Positions 10,132 to 23,500 of a stretch of DNA of 64,000 nucleotides are shown piece after piece. A model generated the notes under the pieces. The model was not told the DNA's origin. It did no database searches and was given only the letters and a program-made list of their open reading frames with translations. The position numbers were made by a program, and so were the translations under genes. This stretch comes from Eledone cirrhosa (Eukaryota), in contig OZ024743.1 in the NCBI GenBank assembly GCA_964016885.1, forward strand, positions 325,252,001 through 325,316,000, given 5' to 3'. The first letter of the stretch is position 1; each line of letters starts with the position of its first letter.

Positions 10132-11900
10132 TGTGGTGGTGATGGTGGTGTTGCTGTTGATGTTGTTGGTGTTGTTGTTGTTGGTGGTGGTGTTATTGTT
10201 GGTGGTGGTGTTGTTGTTGGTGTTGTTGTTGTTGGTGGTGGTGGTGTTATTGTTGGTGGTGGTGGTGTTGTTGTTGGTGGTGGTGTTGTTGTTGGTGGTG
10301 GTGTTGTTGTTGGTGTTGTTGTTGTTGTTGGTGGTGGTGGTGTTATTGTTGGTGGTGTGAGTGGTGTTGGTGTTGGTGATGGTGGTGGTGATGTTTGTGT
10401 TGGTGTTATTGTTGTTGTTGGTATTGTTGGTGGTGTTATTGTTGGTGGTGGTGTTGTTGTTGGTGTTGTTGTTGTTGTTGTTGGTGGTGGTGGTGTTATT
10501 GTTGGTGGTGTGAGTGGTGTTGGTGTTGTTGTTGTTGTTGGTGTTGGTGTTATTGTTGTTGTTGTTGGTGTTGGTATTGTTGTTGAGTGGTGTTGGTGTT
10601 GGTGTTATTGTTGTTGTTGGTGTTATTGTTGTTGTTGGTATTGTTGGTGGTGTTATTGTTGTTGGTGTTGTTGTTGTTGTTGATGGTGGTGGTGTTATTG
10701 TTGTTGTTGGTGTTATTGTTGTTGTTGGTGTTATTGTTGTTGTTGGTATTGTTGGTGGTGTTATTGTTGGTGGTGGTGTTGTTGTTGGTGTTATTGTTGG
10801 TGGTGTGAGTGGTGTTGGTGTTGTTGTTGTTGTTGTTGATGGTGGTGGTGTTATTGTTGGTGGTGGTGTTGTTGGTGGTGTTATTGTTGGTGGTGGTGTT
10901 GTTGTTGTTGTTGGTGTTATTGTTGGTGGTGTGAGTGGTGTTGTTGTTGTTGTTGGTGTTATTGTTGTTGTTGGTATTGTTGGTGGTGTTATTGTTGGTG
11001 GTGGTGTTGTTGTTGGTGTTGTTGTTGGTGGTGTGAGTGGTGTTGGTGTTGTTGTTGTTGTTGTTGTTGTTGATGGTGGTGGTGTTATTGTTGGTGGTGG
11101 TGTTATTGTTGTTGTTGGTATTGTTGGTGGTGGTGTTATTGTTGTTGTTGGTGTTATTGTTGGTGGTGTGAGTGGTGTTGGTGTTATTGTTGGTGGTGTT
11201 ATTGTTGTTGTTGGTATTGTTGGTGGTGTTATTGTTGGTGGTGGTGTTGTTGGTGGTGTGAGTGGTGTTGGTGTTGTTGGTGGTGTTATTGTTGGTGGTG
11301 TGGTGTTGGTGTTGTTGTTGGTGGTGGTGTTGGTGGTGTGGTGTTGTTGGTGGTGTTGGTGTTGGTGGTGGTGTGGTTGGTGGGGTGGTGGTGGTGTTGG
11401 TGGTGGTGGTGGTGGTGTGGTGGGTGGTGTTGTGGTGGTGGTGGGTGGTGGTGTTGGTGTGGTGGTGTGGTGTGGTGTGGGGGGTGTGGTGGTGGTGGGT
11501 TGTGGTGGTGGTGGTGTTGTTTGTGGTGGTGGTGGTGTTTGTGATGGTGGTGTTATTGTTGGTGGTGCGAGTGGTGTTGGTGGTGGTGTTGTTGTTGGTG
11601 GTGTGAGTGGTGTTGGTGTTGGTGGTGTTGTTGTTTGTGGTGGTGGTGATTTTTTTGTTGGTGGTGATGGTGGTGCTGTTGTTGATGGTGGCGTTGGTGG
11701 TGGTGGTGTCGTTGTTGTTGTTGGCGGTGGTGGTGGTGGTGTTGGCGGTGGTGGTGTTAATGGTAGTGTAGGTGGTGGTGTTGGTGGTGGTGATGTTGGT
11801 GATGGTGATGGTGTTGGTGTTGTTGGTGGTGTTAGTGCTGGTGTTGATGGTGTTGGTGTTGGTGCTGGTGTTGCTGGTGTTGATGTTGGTGGTATTGGTG
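10132..11900. repeat. ~1.77-kb (GGT/GTT)n compound trinucleotide tract with internal sub-repeats
   Basis: Almost exclusively G/T on the + strand, with recurring markers ggtgtgagtggtgttg, ggtgttattgtt and ggtattgtt. Confidence 0.95.
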
Positions 11901-12279
11901 AATGATACCTAAAGTACCAATCTACAGATGGTGGATTGGCTCTGTACATTCTGAGTTCAAATAGTAGCTCTTGTAACAAGAAATGTTGTGATGTTTCTGC
12001 CAGCGATAGAAAGACCAATGGAAACATTGTTTCCTTGGTCCAATCTGACAATCAACTCCTTTTATTTACTGCCATCAAAACACTTTAAGCTTGACCATCA
12101 GGCATCATACTCTATAATAATATCTAAACTCTTCTAAGTTAAATAATGGTCTTACTGGTCTTAACTAGCAAGATCCATCCATCTATCTATATCATATATA
12201 TATGTATATACAGACGCATGCACACAGACATATATATATATATACGCAGACACACACACATATATGCAGACACACTTAA

Positions 12280-12472
12280 ATTACCCCTTCTGTCACAAAT
12301 AACCATGGAATTTGCACCTAGAAAGTTCCCCTCCGAGGCACAAGTCCAGGCAAGGTTGTTTGTGGAAGACCTGCAGTCACCCATGTATACCAATCTCCCC
12401 TCTCCATGCCACTGATGTTGTCCAAGGGAAAGGCATGATTGTAATCCCAACGCTCTAACCACTAAGCCATGC
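12280..12472 (-). mobile_element. Interspersed repeat fragment with a partial tRNA-like head
   Basis: gctctaaccactaagccatg (12452-71) is identical to the SINE head at ~7533-7552. The adjoining GC-richer body is of uncertain family. Confidence 0.45.
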
Positions 12473-12534
12473 ACTAGAAGACATTTAATTACTGTTCTGT
12501 TTGATGAGAACAGAGTTGGAACTAACTTAACAAT

Positions 12535-12640
12535 AATAATTGCTTCTACTTTTGGCACAAGACCAGCAATTACCCCAGTGCACTACTGGTACTTTATTTT
12601 ATCAACCCCATAAGGATGAAAGGCAAAGTTAACCTCAGTA
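12535..12640 (-). mobile_element. SINE fragment of the same family as 6645-6830 and 10083-10118
   Basis: ctggtactttattttatcaaccccataaggatgaaaggcaaagttaacctc; its reverse complement resembles aaggtcaactttgactttca at ~10100. Confidence 0.6.
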
Positions 12641-12758
12641 ATATGGCAAAGTTTCAATTCTATGTAAGTATGTAGTGAATTGTCAGAATCAGTAGAGCAT
12701 AGGACAAGGTGTTTTGTAGTATTTCTTCTGGTCATTTGTATATAGAGTTCAAATCTCA

Positions 12759-12843
12759 CTTGGGTGATAGACTTAATCCATCACCCAGTTTAACACCACC
12801 ACCTTCCCCTTGGGTGGTAGACATAATCTGTTGTCTGGTTTAA
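12759..12843 (+). repeat. Orphan ~1.7 monomers of the 50-bp satellite
   Basis: ttgggtgatagacttaatccatcacccagtttaacaccaccaccttccccttgggtggtagacataatc matches the array consensus. Confidence 0.95.
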
Positions 12844-13051
12844 CCCTTTAGCATTTAAACTGACCAGATTCTCTCACCTCTTTCTGTTCAAACTGGCTAT
12901 AACTGGCCGTTCATATGAGGTTAAGGTATTGTTCTCAAAATAATAATATTAAAATCTCATAGATTCGATATTATGTGAGATAAATATGTGAGGTAGAGCC
13001 TTAAACATGAAAATACAATAGTAAATATAGAGTAATATAAATGTTAAAGGG
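12844..13051. mobile_element. 208-bp piggyBac-type MITE
   Basis: TTAA|ccctttagcattta ... taaatgttaaaggg|TTAA: 14-bp TIRs with one mismatch, CCC/GGG termini, TTAA duplication at 12840-43 and 13052-55. Confidence 0.75.
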
Positions 13052-13061
13052 TTAATATCCC

Positions 13062-14558
13062 CACAAGAAAAAGTACCCAGTACACACTGTAAAATGGTCG
13101 TTTTGGTACAATGATAAAAATACCCAGTACACGCTGTAAAGTAATTGTTTTGGTGACAACAAAAAGCACCCAGTCAACTCTGTAAGATGGTCGTTTTATT
13201 GCCAACTAGCAGTGTATCCCGGCATTTCACGGGTAAGAACATTGGTAATAGCACCTCCAATGAGAAATGTTTATTTGTGAGTGCCTGTTAAAAACCCACG
13301 AAAATATACCGACAGGAAACTTGTTTTATTTGGAGAAAATTAAGAAGTTGAAAGTACAGTTTAGCTGTCTACATGCATTGTTCATAGAAATATTGTTGAG
13401 CCCCTTCTTTTCATACTCCTCTGTTTTGGCCTTTTGGAGTAAATGTGAAAGAGAAAGTCACAGGTTAAGTTGGCAGAAGGTTCCAGTGTCATAGCAGTAA
13501 GGTGTCGGCTACTTACCTCAAAAGTTCATTCGCACCCTTTCCACTGATATACTCTTTCTCTCTATCCCCCTCGGTGCAGTCTCTTACAAATTTCTCGCAT
13601 AGGCCTGGTGTAGATCTGCACCTGATGCAGATGTCCGCTTTGTACGGATTTTGGAGGAAGGAGTGGCCAGCAGTACGCTGTTCAATATTATTATGAAAAG
13701 GCGTAGTAGAAAATCCCGCGTGAACTAACAGCTTGGGAGGAAACTGCTTACCTTGAAGATTCATTTGCCATTGTTCTTGTAAATGCTCCGTTTAGTTGGT
13801 ATTTGTTGGTCTACAGTTAGATGAATGGCGCACAAAGGGTTAATGTTTATTGGCAACAAGTGCAACTGGGCTGGCTTGCCTCACTTATATTATATATTAA
13901 AATAACAGATTAACGTTTAAGCAAAGAATCACTGCTTTCTCCCTTAACGGGATCTTCTGAAACTAAAAAAATCAATCTGTGAACGCAGAAGTAAATATTT
14001 CAAAAAACGTTGCAACCGAAGGAAAACAGGAAGACGATAATTTGGTTCGTGAAGATGTTCCCTGGCAATGAACAGAAAATAGCGAACATAATACGCCATC
14101 AATGTTTGTCGGAATGTCGTAATGCAGACAGCCAGGCATACAGACAGATATTATAAGGGCGCGACGGAGAAGGATAACCAGCGCCTAATACCCCTTTAAC
14201 AACAGAAAATTGAAAAATAGAAGCTGCAGTTAATATCTTTAGACCGCAAGAAATATATAAATGCAAGTTAGAAGTCAATCGGAGTAGAAATGTGGATTTG
14301 TATAAACTTTGAAAATATGAGGACACACACAGACAACTACAGTTTTATATATATGTATAGATGTAAAAAGCACCCAGTCCGCACTGTAATGTGGCTGGTG
14401 TTAAGAAGGGTATCCAGCTATAGAAGCAAAGTCAAAATACAGATCTATATGAGCAAGACGTGGTCTTTGGACCTCATTTGTCTCATAACATGACAGCCTA
14501 TCTAACCAATGCAGGCATAGAAAATGGACATTAAACCATGATGCTGATGATGATGACG
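13062..14558 (+). mobile_element. RTE-tailed SINE with four 46-47-bp internal units, split by a Helitron (parts 13062-13205 and 14362-14558)
   Basis: acccagt cores at ~13075, 13122, 13168 and 14372; tail caatgcaggcatagaaaatggacattaaaccatgatgctgatgatgatg. Confidence 0.7.
13206..14361 (-). mobile_element. Non-autonomous Helitron (~1,156 bp)
   Basis: Minus strand starts A|TCTATACATATATATAAAAC and ends CCCGTGAAATGCCGGG-ATACACTG-CTAG|T: 5' TC, subterminal hairpin, 3' CTAG, A|T target, no target duplication. The flanks rejoin into one SINE unit. Confidence 0.85.
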
Positions 14559-14566
14559 ACCTGGTT

Positions 14567-17500
14567 CACCACCACCTAACCCTTGCATGGTAGACTTAAT
14601 CCATCACCCAGTTTAACACCACTACCTAACCCTTGGGTGGTAGACATAATCCATCACCCAGTTTAACACCACTACCTGACCCTTGCATGGTAGACTTAAT
14701 CCATCACCCAGTTTAACACCACTACCTTACCCTTGGGTGGTAGACTTAATCCATCACCCAGTTTAACACCACTACCTTACCCTTGGGTGGTAGACTTAAT
14801 CCATCACCCAGTTTAACACCACTACCTGACCCTTGGGTGGTAGACTTAATCCATCACCCAGTTTAACACAACTACCTGACCCTTGCATGGTAGACATAAT
14901 CCATCACCCAGTTTAACACCACTACCTGACCCTTGGGTGGTAGACTTAATCCATCACCCAGTTTAACACCACTACCTGACCCTTGCATGGTAGACATAAT
15001 CCATCACCCAGTTTAACACCACTACCTTACCCTTGGGTGGTAGACTTAATCCATCACCCAGTTTAACACCACTACCTGACCCTTGTATGGTAGACATAAT
15101 CCATCACCCAGTTTAACACCACTTCCTGACCCTGGGTGGTAGACTTAATCCATCACACAGTTTAACACCACTACCTGACCCTTGGGTGGTAGACTTAATC
15201 CATCACCCAGTTTAACACCACTACCTGACCCTTGGGTGGTAGACTTAATCCATCACCCAGTTTAACACCACCACCTGGGCCTTGGGTGGTAGACTTAATC
15301 CATCACCCAGTTTAACACCACCACCTGACCCTTGGGTGGTAGACTTAATCCATCACCCAGTTTAACACCACCACCTGACCCTTGGGTGGTAGACTTAATC
15401 CATCACCCAGTTTAACACCACTACCTGACTCTTGAGTGGTAGACTTAATCCATCACCCAGTTTAACACCACTACCTGACCCTTGGGTGGTAGACATAATC
15501 CATCACCCAGTTCAACACCACCACCTGGGCCTTAGGTGGTAGACTTAATCCATCACCGAGTTTAACACCACCACCTGACCCTTAGGTGGTAGACTTAATC
15601 CATCACCCAGTTTAACACCACCACCTGACCCTTGGGTGGTAGACTTAATCCATCACCCAGTTTAACACCACCACCTGACCCTTAGGTGGTAGACTTAATC
15701 CATCACCCAGTTTAACACCACCACCTGACCCTTAGGTGGTAGACTTAATCCATCACCCAGTTTAACACCACTACCTTACCCTTATGTGGTAGACTTAATC
15801 CATCACCCAGTTTAACACCACTACCTGACCCTTGGGTGGTAGACATAATCCATCACCCAGTTTAACACCACTACCTGACCCTTGCATGGTAGACTTAATC
15901 CATCACCCAGTTTAACACCACTACCTTACCCTTGGGTGGTAGACTTAATCCATCACCCAGTTTAACACCACTACCTGACCCTTGGGTGGTAGACTTAATC
16001 CATCACTCAGTTCAACACCACCACCTGACCCTTGAGTGGTAGACTTAATCCATCACCCAGTTTAACACCACCACCTGACCCTTGCATGGTAGACATAATC
16101 CATCACCCAGTTTAACACCACTACCTTACCCTTGGGTGGTAGACTTAATCCATCACCCAGTTGAACACCACTACCTGACCCTTGAGTGGTAGACTTAATC
16201 CATCACCCAGTTTAACACCACTACCTGACCCTTGGGTGGTAGACATAATCCATCAACCAGTTCAACACCACCACCTGGGCCTTAGGTGGTAGACTTAATC
16301 CATCACCCAGTTTAACACCACCAGCTGACCCTTAGGTGGTAGACTTAATCCATCACCCGGTTTAACACCACCACCTGACCCTTAGGTGGTAGACTTAATC
16401 CATCACCCAGTTTAACACCACCACCTGACCCTTAGGTGGTAGACTTAATCCATCACCCAGTTTAACACCACCACCTGGTCCTTAGGTGGTATGCTTAATC
16501 CATCACCCAGTTCAACACCACCACCCGACCCTTGAGTGGTAGACTTAATCCATCACCCAGTTTAACACCACCACCTGGGCCTTGGGTGGTAGACTTAATC
16601 CATCACCCAGTTAAACACCACCACCTGACCCTTGAGTGGTAGACTTAATCCATCACCCAGTTTAACAGCACCACCTGGGCCTTGGGTGGTAGACTTAATC
16701 CATCACCCAGTTCAAAACCACCACCTGGACCTTAGGTGGTAGACTTAATCCATCACCCAGTTCAACACCACCACCTGGGCCTTAGGTGGTAGACTTAATC
16801 CATCACCCAGTTCAACACCACTACCTGACCCTTAGGTGGTAGACTTAATCCATCACCCAGTTTAGCACCACCACCTGACCCTTAGGTGGTAGACTTAATC
16901 CATCACCAGTTCAACACCACTACCTGAACCTTGGGTGGTAGACTTAATCCATCACCCAGTTTAACACCACCACCTGACCCTTAGGTGGTAGACTTATTCC
17001 ATCACCCAGTTTAACACCACTACCTGACCCTTGGGTGGTAGACTTAATCCATCACCCAGTTTAACACAACTACCTGACCCTTGCATAGTAGACATAATCC
17101 ATCACCCAGTTTAACACCACTACCTTACCCTTGGGTGGTAGACTTAATCCATCACCCAGTTTAACACCACTACCTGACCCTTGGGTGGTAGACTTAATCC
17201 ATCACCCAGTTTAACACCACCACCTGGGCCTTGGGTGGTAGACTTAATCCATCACCCAGTTTAACACCACCACCTGACCCTTGGGTGGTAGACTTAATCC
17301 ATCACCCAGTTTAACACCACCACCTGACCCTTAGGTGGTAGACTTAATCCATCACCCAGTTTAACACCACTACCTTACCCTTATGTGGTAGACTTAATCC
17401 ATCACCCAGTTTAACACCACTACCTGACCCTTGGGTGGTAGACTTAATCCATCACCCAGTTTAACACCACCACCTGGGCCTTGGGTGGTAGACTTAATCC

Positions 17501-20500
17501 ATCACCCAGTTTAACACCACCACCTGACCCTTGGGTGGTAGACTTAATCCATCACCCAGTTTAACACCACCACCTGACCCTTGGGTGGTAGACTTAATCC
17601 ATCACCCAGTTTAACACCACTACCTGACTCTTGAGTGGTAGACTTAATCCATCACCCAGTTTAACACCACTACCTGACCCTTGGGTGGTAGACATAATCC
17701 ATCACCCAGTTCAACACCACCACCTGGGCCTTAGGTGGTAGACTTAATCCATCACCGAGTTTAACACCACCACCTGACCCTTAGGTGGTAGACTTAATCC
17801 ATCACCCAGTTTAACACCACCACCTGACCCTTAGGTGGTAGACTTAATGCATCACCCAGTTTAACACCACTACCTTACCCTTATGTGGTAGACTTAATCC
17901 ATCACCCAGTTTAACACCACTACCTGACCCTTGGGTGGTAGACATAATCCATCACCCAGTTTAACACCACTACCTGACCCTTGCATGGTAGACTTAATCC
18001 ATCACCCAGTTTAACACCACTACCTTACCCTTGGGTGGTAGACTTAATCCATCACCCAGTTTAACACCACTACCTGACTCTTGGGTGGTAGACTTAATCC
18101 ATCACTCAGTTCAACACCACCACCTGACCCTTGAGTGGTAGACTTAATCCATCACCCAGTTTAACACCACCACCTGACCCTTGCATGGTAGACATAATCC
18201 ATCACCCAGTTTAACACCACTACCTTACCCTTGGGTGGTAGACTTAATCCATCACCCAGTTGAACACCACTACCTGACCCTTGAGTGGTAGACTTAATCC
18301 ATCACCAAGTTTAACACCACTACCTGACCCTTGGGTGGTAGACATAATCCATCAACCAGTTCAACACCACCACCTGGGCCTTAGGTGGTAGACTTAATCC
18401 ATCACCCAGTTTAACACCACCAGCTGACCCTTAGGTGGTAGACTTAATCCATCACCCGGTTTAACACCACCACCTGACCCTTAGGTGGTAGACTTAATCC
18501 ATCACCCAGTTTAACACCACCACCTGACCCTTAGGTGGTAGACTTAATCCATCACCCAGTTTAACACCACCACCTGGTCCTTAGGTGGTATGCTTAATCC
18601 ATCACCCAGTTCAACACCACCACCTGACCCTTGAGTGGTACACTTAATCCATCACCCAGTTTAACACCACCACCTGGGCCTTGGGTGGTAGACTTAATCC
18701 ATCACCCAGTTTAACACCACCACCTGGGCCTTGGGTGGTAGACTTAATCCATCACCCAGTTCAACACCACCACCCGACCCTTGAGTGGTAGACTTAATCC
18801 ATCACCCAGTTTAACACCACCACCTGGGCCTTGGGTGGTAGACTTAATCCATCACCCAGTTAAACACCACCACCTGACCCTTGAGTGGTAGACTTAATCC
18901 ATCACCCAGTTTAACAGCACCACCTGGGCCTTGGGTGGTAGACTTAATCCATCACCCAGTTCAAAACCACCACCTGGACCTTAGGTGGTAGACTTAATCC
19001 ATCACCCAGTTCAACACCACCACCTGGGCCTTAGGTGGTAGACTTAATCCATCACCCAGTTTAACACCACTACCTGACTCTTGGGTGGTAGACTTAATCC
19101 ATCACTCAGTTCAACACCACCACCTGACCCTTGAGTGGTAGACTTAATCCATCACCCAGTTTAACACCACCACCTGACCCTTGCATGGTAGACATAATCC
19201 ATCACCCAGTTTAACACCACTACCTTACCCTTGGGTGGTAGACTTAATCCATCACCCAGTTGAACACCACTACCTGACCCTTGAGTGGTAGACTTAATCC
19301 ATCACCAAGTTTAACACCACTACCTGACCCTTGGGTGGTAGACATAATCCATCAACCAGTTCAACACCACCACCTGGGCCTTAGGTGGTAGACTTAATCC
19401 ATCACCCAGTTTAACACCACCAGCTGACCCTTAGGTGGTAGACTTAATCCATCACCCGGTTTAACACCACCACCTGACCCTTAGGTGGTAGACTTAATCC
19501 ATCACCCAGTTTAACACCACCACCTGACCCTTAGGTGGTAGACTTAATCCATCACCCAGTTTAACACCACCACCTGGTCCTTAGGTGGTATGCTTAATCC
19601 ATCACCCAGTTCAACACCACCACCTGACCCTTGAGTGGTACACTTAATCCATCACCCAGTTTAACACCACCACCTGGGCCTTGGGTGGTAGACTTAATCC
19701 ATCACCCAGTTTAACACCACCACCTGGGCCTTGGGTGGTAGACTTAATCCATCACCCAGTTCAACACCACCACCCGACCCTTGAGTGGTAGACTTAATCC
19801 ATCACCCAGTTTAACACCACCACCTGGGCCTTGGGTGGTAGACTTAATCCATCACCCAGTTAAACACCACCACCTGACCCTTGAGTGGTAGACTTAATCC
19901 ATCACCCAGTTTAACAGCACCACCTGGGCCTTGGGTGGTAGACTTAATCCATCACCCAGTTCAAAACCACCACCTGGACCTTAGGTGGTAGACTTAATCC
20001 ATCACCCAGTTCAACACCACCACCTGGGCCTTAGGTGGTAGACTTAATCCATCACCCAGTTCAACACCACTACCTGACCCTTAGGTGGTAGACTTAATCC
20101 ATCACCCAGTTTAGCACCACCACCTGACCCTTAGGTGGTAGACTTAATCCATCACCAGTTCAACACCACTACCTGAACCTTGGGTGGTAGACTTAATCCA
20201 TCACCCAGTTTAACACCACCACCTGACCCTTAGGTGGTAGACTTATTCCATCACCCAGTTTAACACCACTACCCAACCCTTGGGTGGTAGACTTAATCCA
20301 TCACCCAGTTTAACACAACTACCTGACCCTTGCATGGTAGACATAATCCATCACCCAGTTTAACACCACTACCTTACCCTTGGGTGGTAGACTTAATCCA
20401 TCACCCAGTTTAACACCACTACCTGACCCTTGGGTGGTAGACTTAATCCATCACCCAGTTTAACACCACCACCTGGGCCTTGGGTGGTAGACTTAATCCA

Positions 20501-23500
20501 TCACCCAGTTTAACACCACCACCTGACCCTTGGGTGGTAGACTTAATCCATCACCCAGTTTAACACCACCACCTGACCCTTAGGTGGTAGACTTAATCCA
20601 TCACCCAGTTTAACACCACTACCTTACCCTTATGTGGTAGACTTAATCCATCACCCAGTTTAACACCACTACCTGACCCTTGGGTGGTAGACTTAATCCA
20701 TCACCCAGTTTAACACCACCACCTGGGCCTTGGGTGGTAGACTTAATCCATCACCCAGTTTAACACCACCACCTGACCCTTGGGTGGTAGACTTAATCCA
20801 TCACCCAGTTTAACACCACCACCTGACCCTTGGGTGGTAGACTTAATCCATCACCCAGTTTAACACCACTACCTGACTCTTGAGTGGTAGACTTAATCCA
20901 TCACCCAGTTTAACACCACTACCTGACCCTTGGGTGGTAGACATAATCCATCACCCAGTTCAACACCACCACCTGGGCCTTAGGTGGTAGACTTAATCCA
21001 TCACCGAGTTTAACACCACCACCTGACCCTTAGGTGGTAGACTTAATCCATCACCCAGTTTAACACCACCACCTGACCCTTAGGTGGTAGACTTAATCCA
21101 TCACCCAGTTTAACACCACTACCTTACCCTTATGTGGTAGACTTAATCCATCACCCAGTTTAACACCACTACCTGACCCTTGGGTGGTAGACATAATCCA
21201 TCACCCAGTTTAACACCACTACCTGACCCTTGCATGGTAGACTTAATCCATCACCCAGTTTAACACCACTACCTTACCCTTGGGTGGTAGACTTAATCCA
21301 TCACCCAGTTTAACACCACTACCTGACTCTTGGGTGGTAGACTTAATCCATCACTCAGTTCAACACCACCACCTGACCCTTGAGTGGTAGACTTAATCCA
21401 TCACCCAGTTTAACACCACCACCTGACCCTTGCATGGTAGACATAATCCATCACCCAGTTTAACACCACTACCTTACCCTTGGGTGGTAGACTTAATCCA
21501 TCACCCAGATGAACACCACTACCTGACCCTTGAGTGGTAGACTTAATCCATCACCAAGTTTAACACCACTACCTGACCCTTGGGTGGTAGACATAATCCA
21601 TCAACCAGTTCAACACCACCACCTGGGCCTTAGGTGGTAGACTTAATCCATCACCCAGTTTAACACCACCAGCTGACCCTTAGGTGGTAGACTTAATCCA
21701 TCACCCGGTTTAACACCACCACCTGACCCTTAGGTGGTAGACTTAATCCATCACCCAGTTTAACACCACCACCTGACCCTTAGGTGGTAGACTTAATCCA
21801 TCACCCAGTTTAACACCACCACCTGGTCCTTAGGTGGTATGCTTAATCCATCACCCAGTTCAACACCACCACCTGACCCTTGAGTGGTACACTTAATCCA
21901 TCACCCAGTTTAACACCACCACCTGGGCCTTGGGTGGTAGACTTAATCCATCACCCAGTTCAACACCACCACCCGACCCTTGAGTGGTAGACTTAATCCA
22001 TCACCCAGTTTAACACCACCACCTGGGCCTTGGGTGGTAGACTTAATCCATCACCCAGTTAAACACCACCACCTGACCCTTGAGTGGTAGACTTAATCCA
22101 TCACCCAGTTTAACAGCACCACCTGGGCCTTGGGTGGTAGACTTAATCCATCACCCAGTTCAAAACCACCACCTGGACCTTAGGTGGTAGACTTAATCCA
22201 TCACCCAGTTCAACACCACCACCTGGGCCTTAGGTGGTAGACTTAATCCATCACCCAGTTCAACACCACTACCTGACCCTTAGGTGGTAGACTTAATCCA
22301 TCACCCAGTTTAGCACCACCACCTGACCCTTAGGTGGTAGACTTAATCCATCACCAGTTCAACACCACTACCTGAACCTTGGGTGGTAGACTTAATCCAT
22401 CACCCAGTTTAACACCACCACCTGACCCTTAGGTGGTAGACTTATTCCATCACCCAGTTTAACACCACTACCTGACCCTTGGGTGGTAGACTTAATCCAT
22501 CACCCAGTTTAACACAACTACCTGACCCTTGCATGGTAGACATAATCCATCACCCAGTTTAACACAACTACATTACCCTTGGGTGGTAGACTTAATCCAT
22601 CACCCAGTTTAACACCACTACCTGACCCTTGGGTGGTAGACTTAATCCATCACCCAGTTTAACACCACCACCTGGGCCTTGGGTGGTAGACTTAATCCAT
22701 CACCCAGTTTAACACCACACCTGACCCTTGGGTGGTAGACTTAATCCATCACCCAGTTTAACACCACCACCTGACCCTTAGGTGGTAGACTTAATCCATC
22801 ACCCAGTTTAACACCACTACCGTACCCTTATGTGGTAGACTTAATCCATCACCCAGTTTAACACCACTACCTGACCCTTGGGTGGTAGACATAATCCATC
22901 ACCCAGTTTAACACCACTACCTGACCCTTGCATGGTAGACTTAATCCATCACCCAGTTTAACACCACTACCTTACCCTTGGGTGGTAGACTTAATCCATC
23001 ACCCAGTTTAACACCACTACCTGACCCTTGGGTGGTAGACTTAATCCATCACTCAGTTCAACACCACCACCTGACCCTTGAGTGGTAGACTTAATCCATC
23101 ACCCAGTTTAACACCACCACCTGACCCTTGCATGGTAGACATAATCCATCACCCAGTTAAACACCACTACCTTACCCTTGGGTGGTAGACTTAATCCATC
23201 ACCCAGTTTAACACCACTACCTGACCCTTGAGTGGTAGACTTAATCCATCACCCAGTTTAACACCACTACCTGACCCTTGGGTGGTAGACATAATCCATC
23301 AACCAGTTCAACACCACCACCTGGGCCTTAGGTGGTAGACTTAATCCATCACCCAGTTTAACACCACCAGCTGACCCTTAGGTGGTAGACTTAATCCATC
23401 ACCCAGTTTAACACCACCACCTGACCCTTAGGTGGTAGACTTAATCCATCACCCAGTTTAACACCACCACCTGACCCTTAGGTGGTAGACTTAATCCATC

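Noticed and set aside
10117-12051. 644-aa Thr/Pro-rich mucin- or extensin-like ORF, and the overlapping + strand Val/Gly ORFs
   Set aside because: Open only because the trinucleotide tract rarely makes stops. The translation drifts between poly-T/P, poly-H/Q and poly-N registers and both strands are open. An exon cannot be fully excluded without RNA-seq.
13267-14326. Short ORFs inside the Helitron as RepHel or captured genes
   Set aside because: No recognisable Rep or helicase motifs, and the lengths are compatible with chance.
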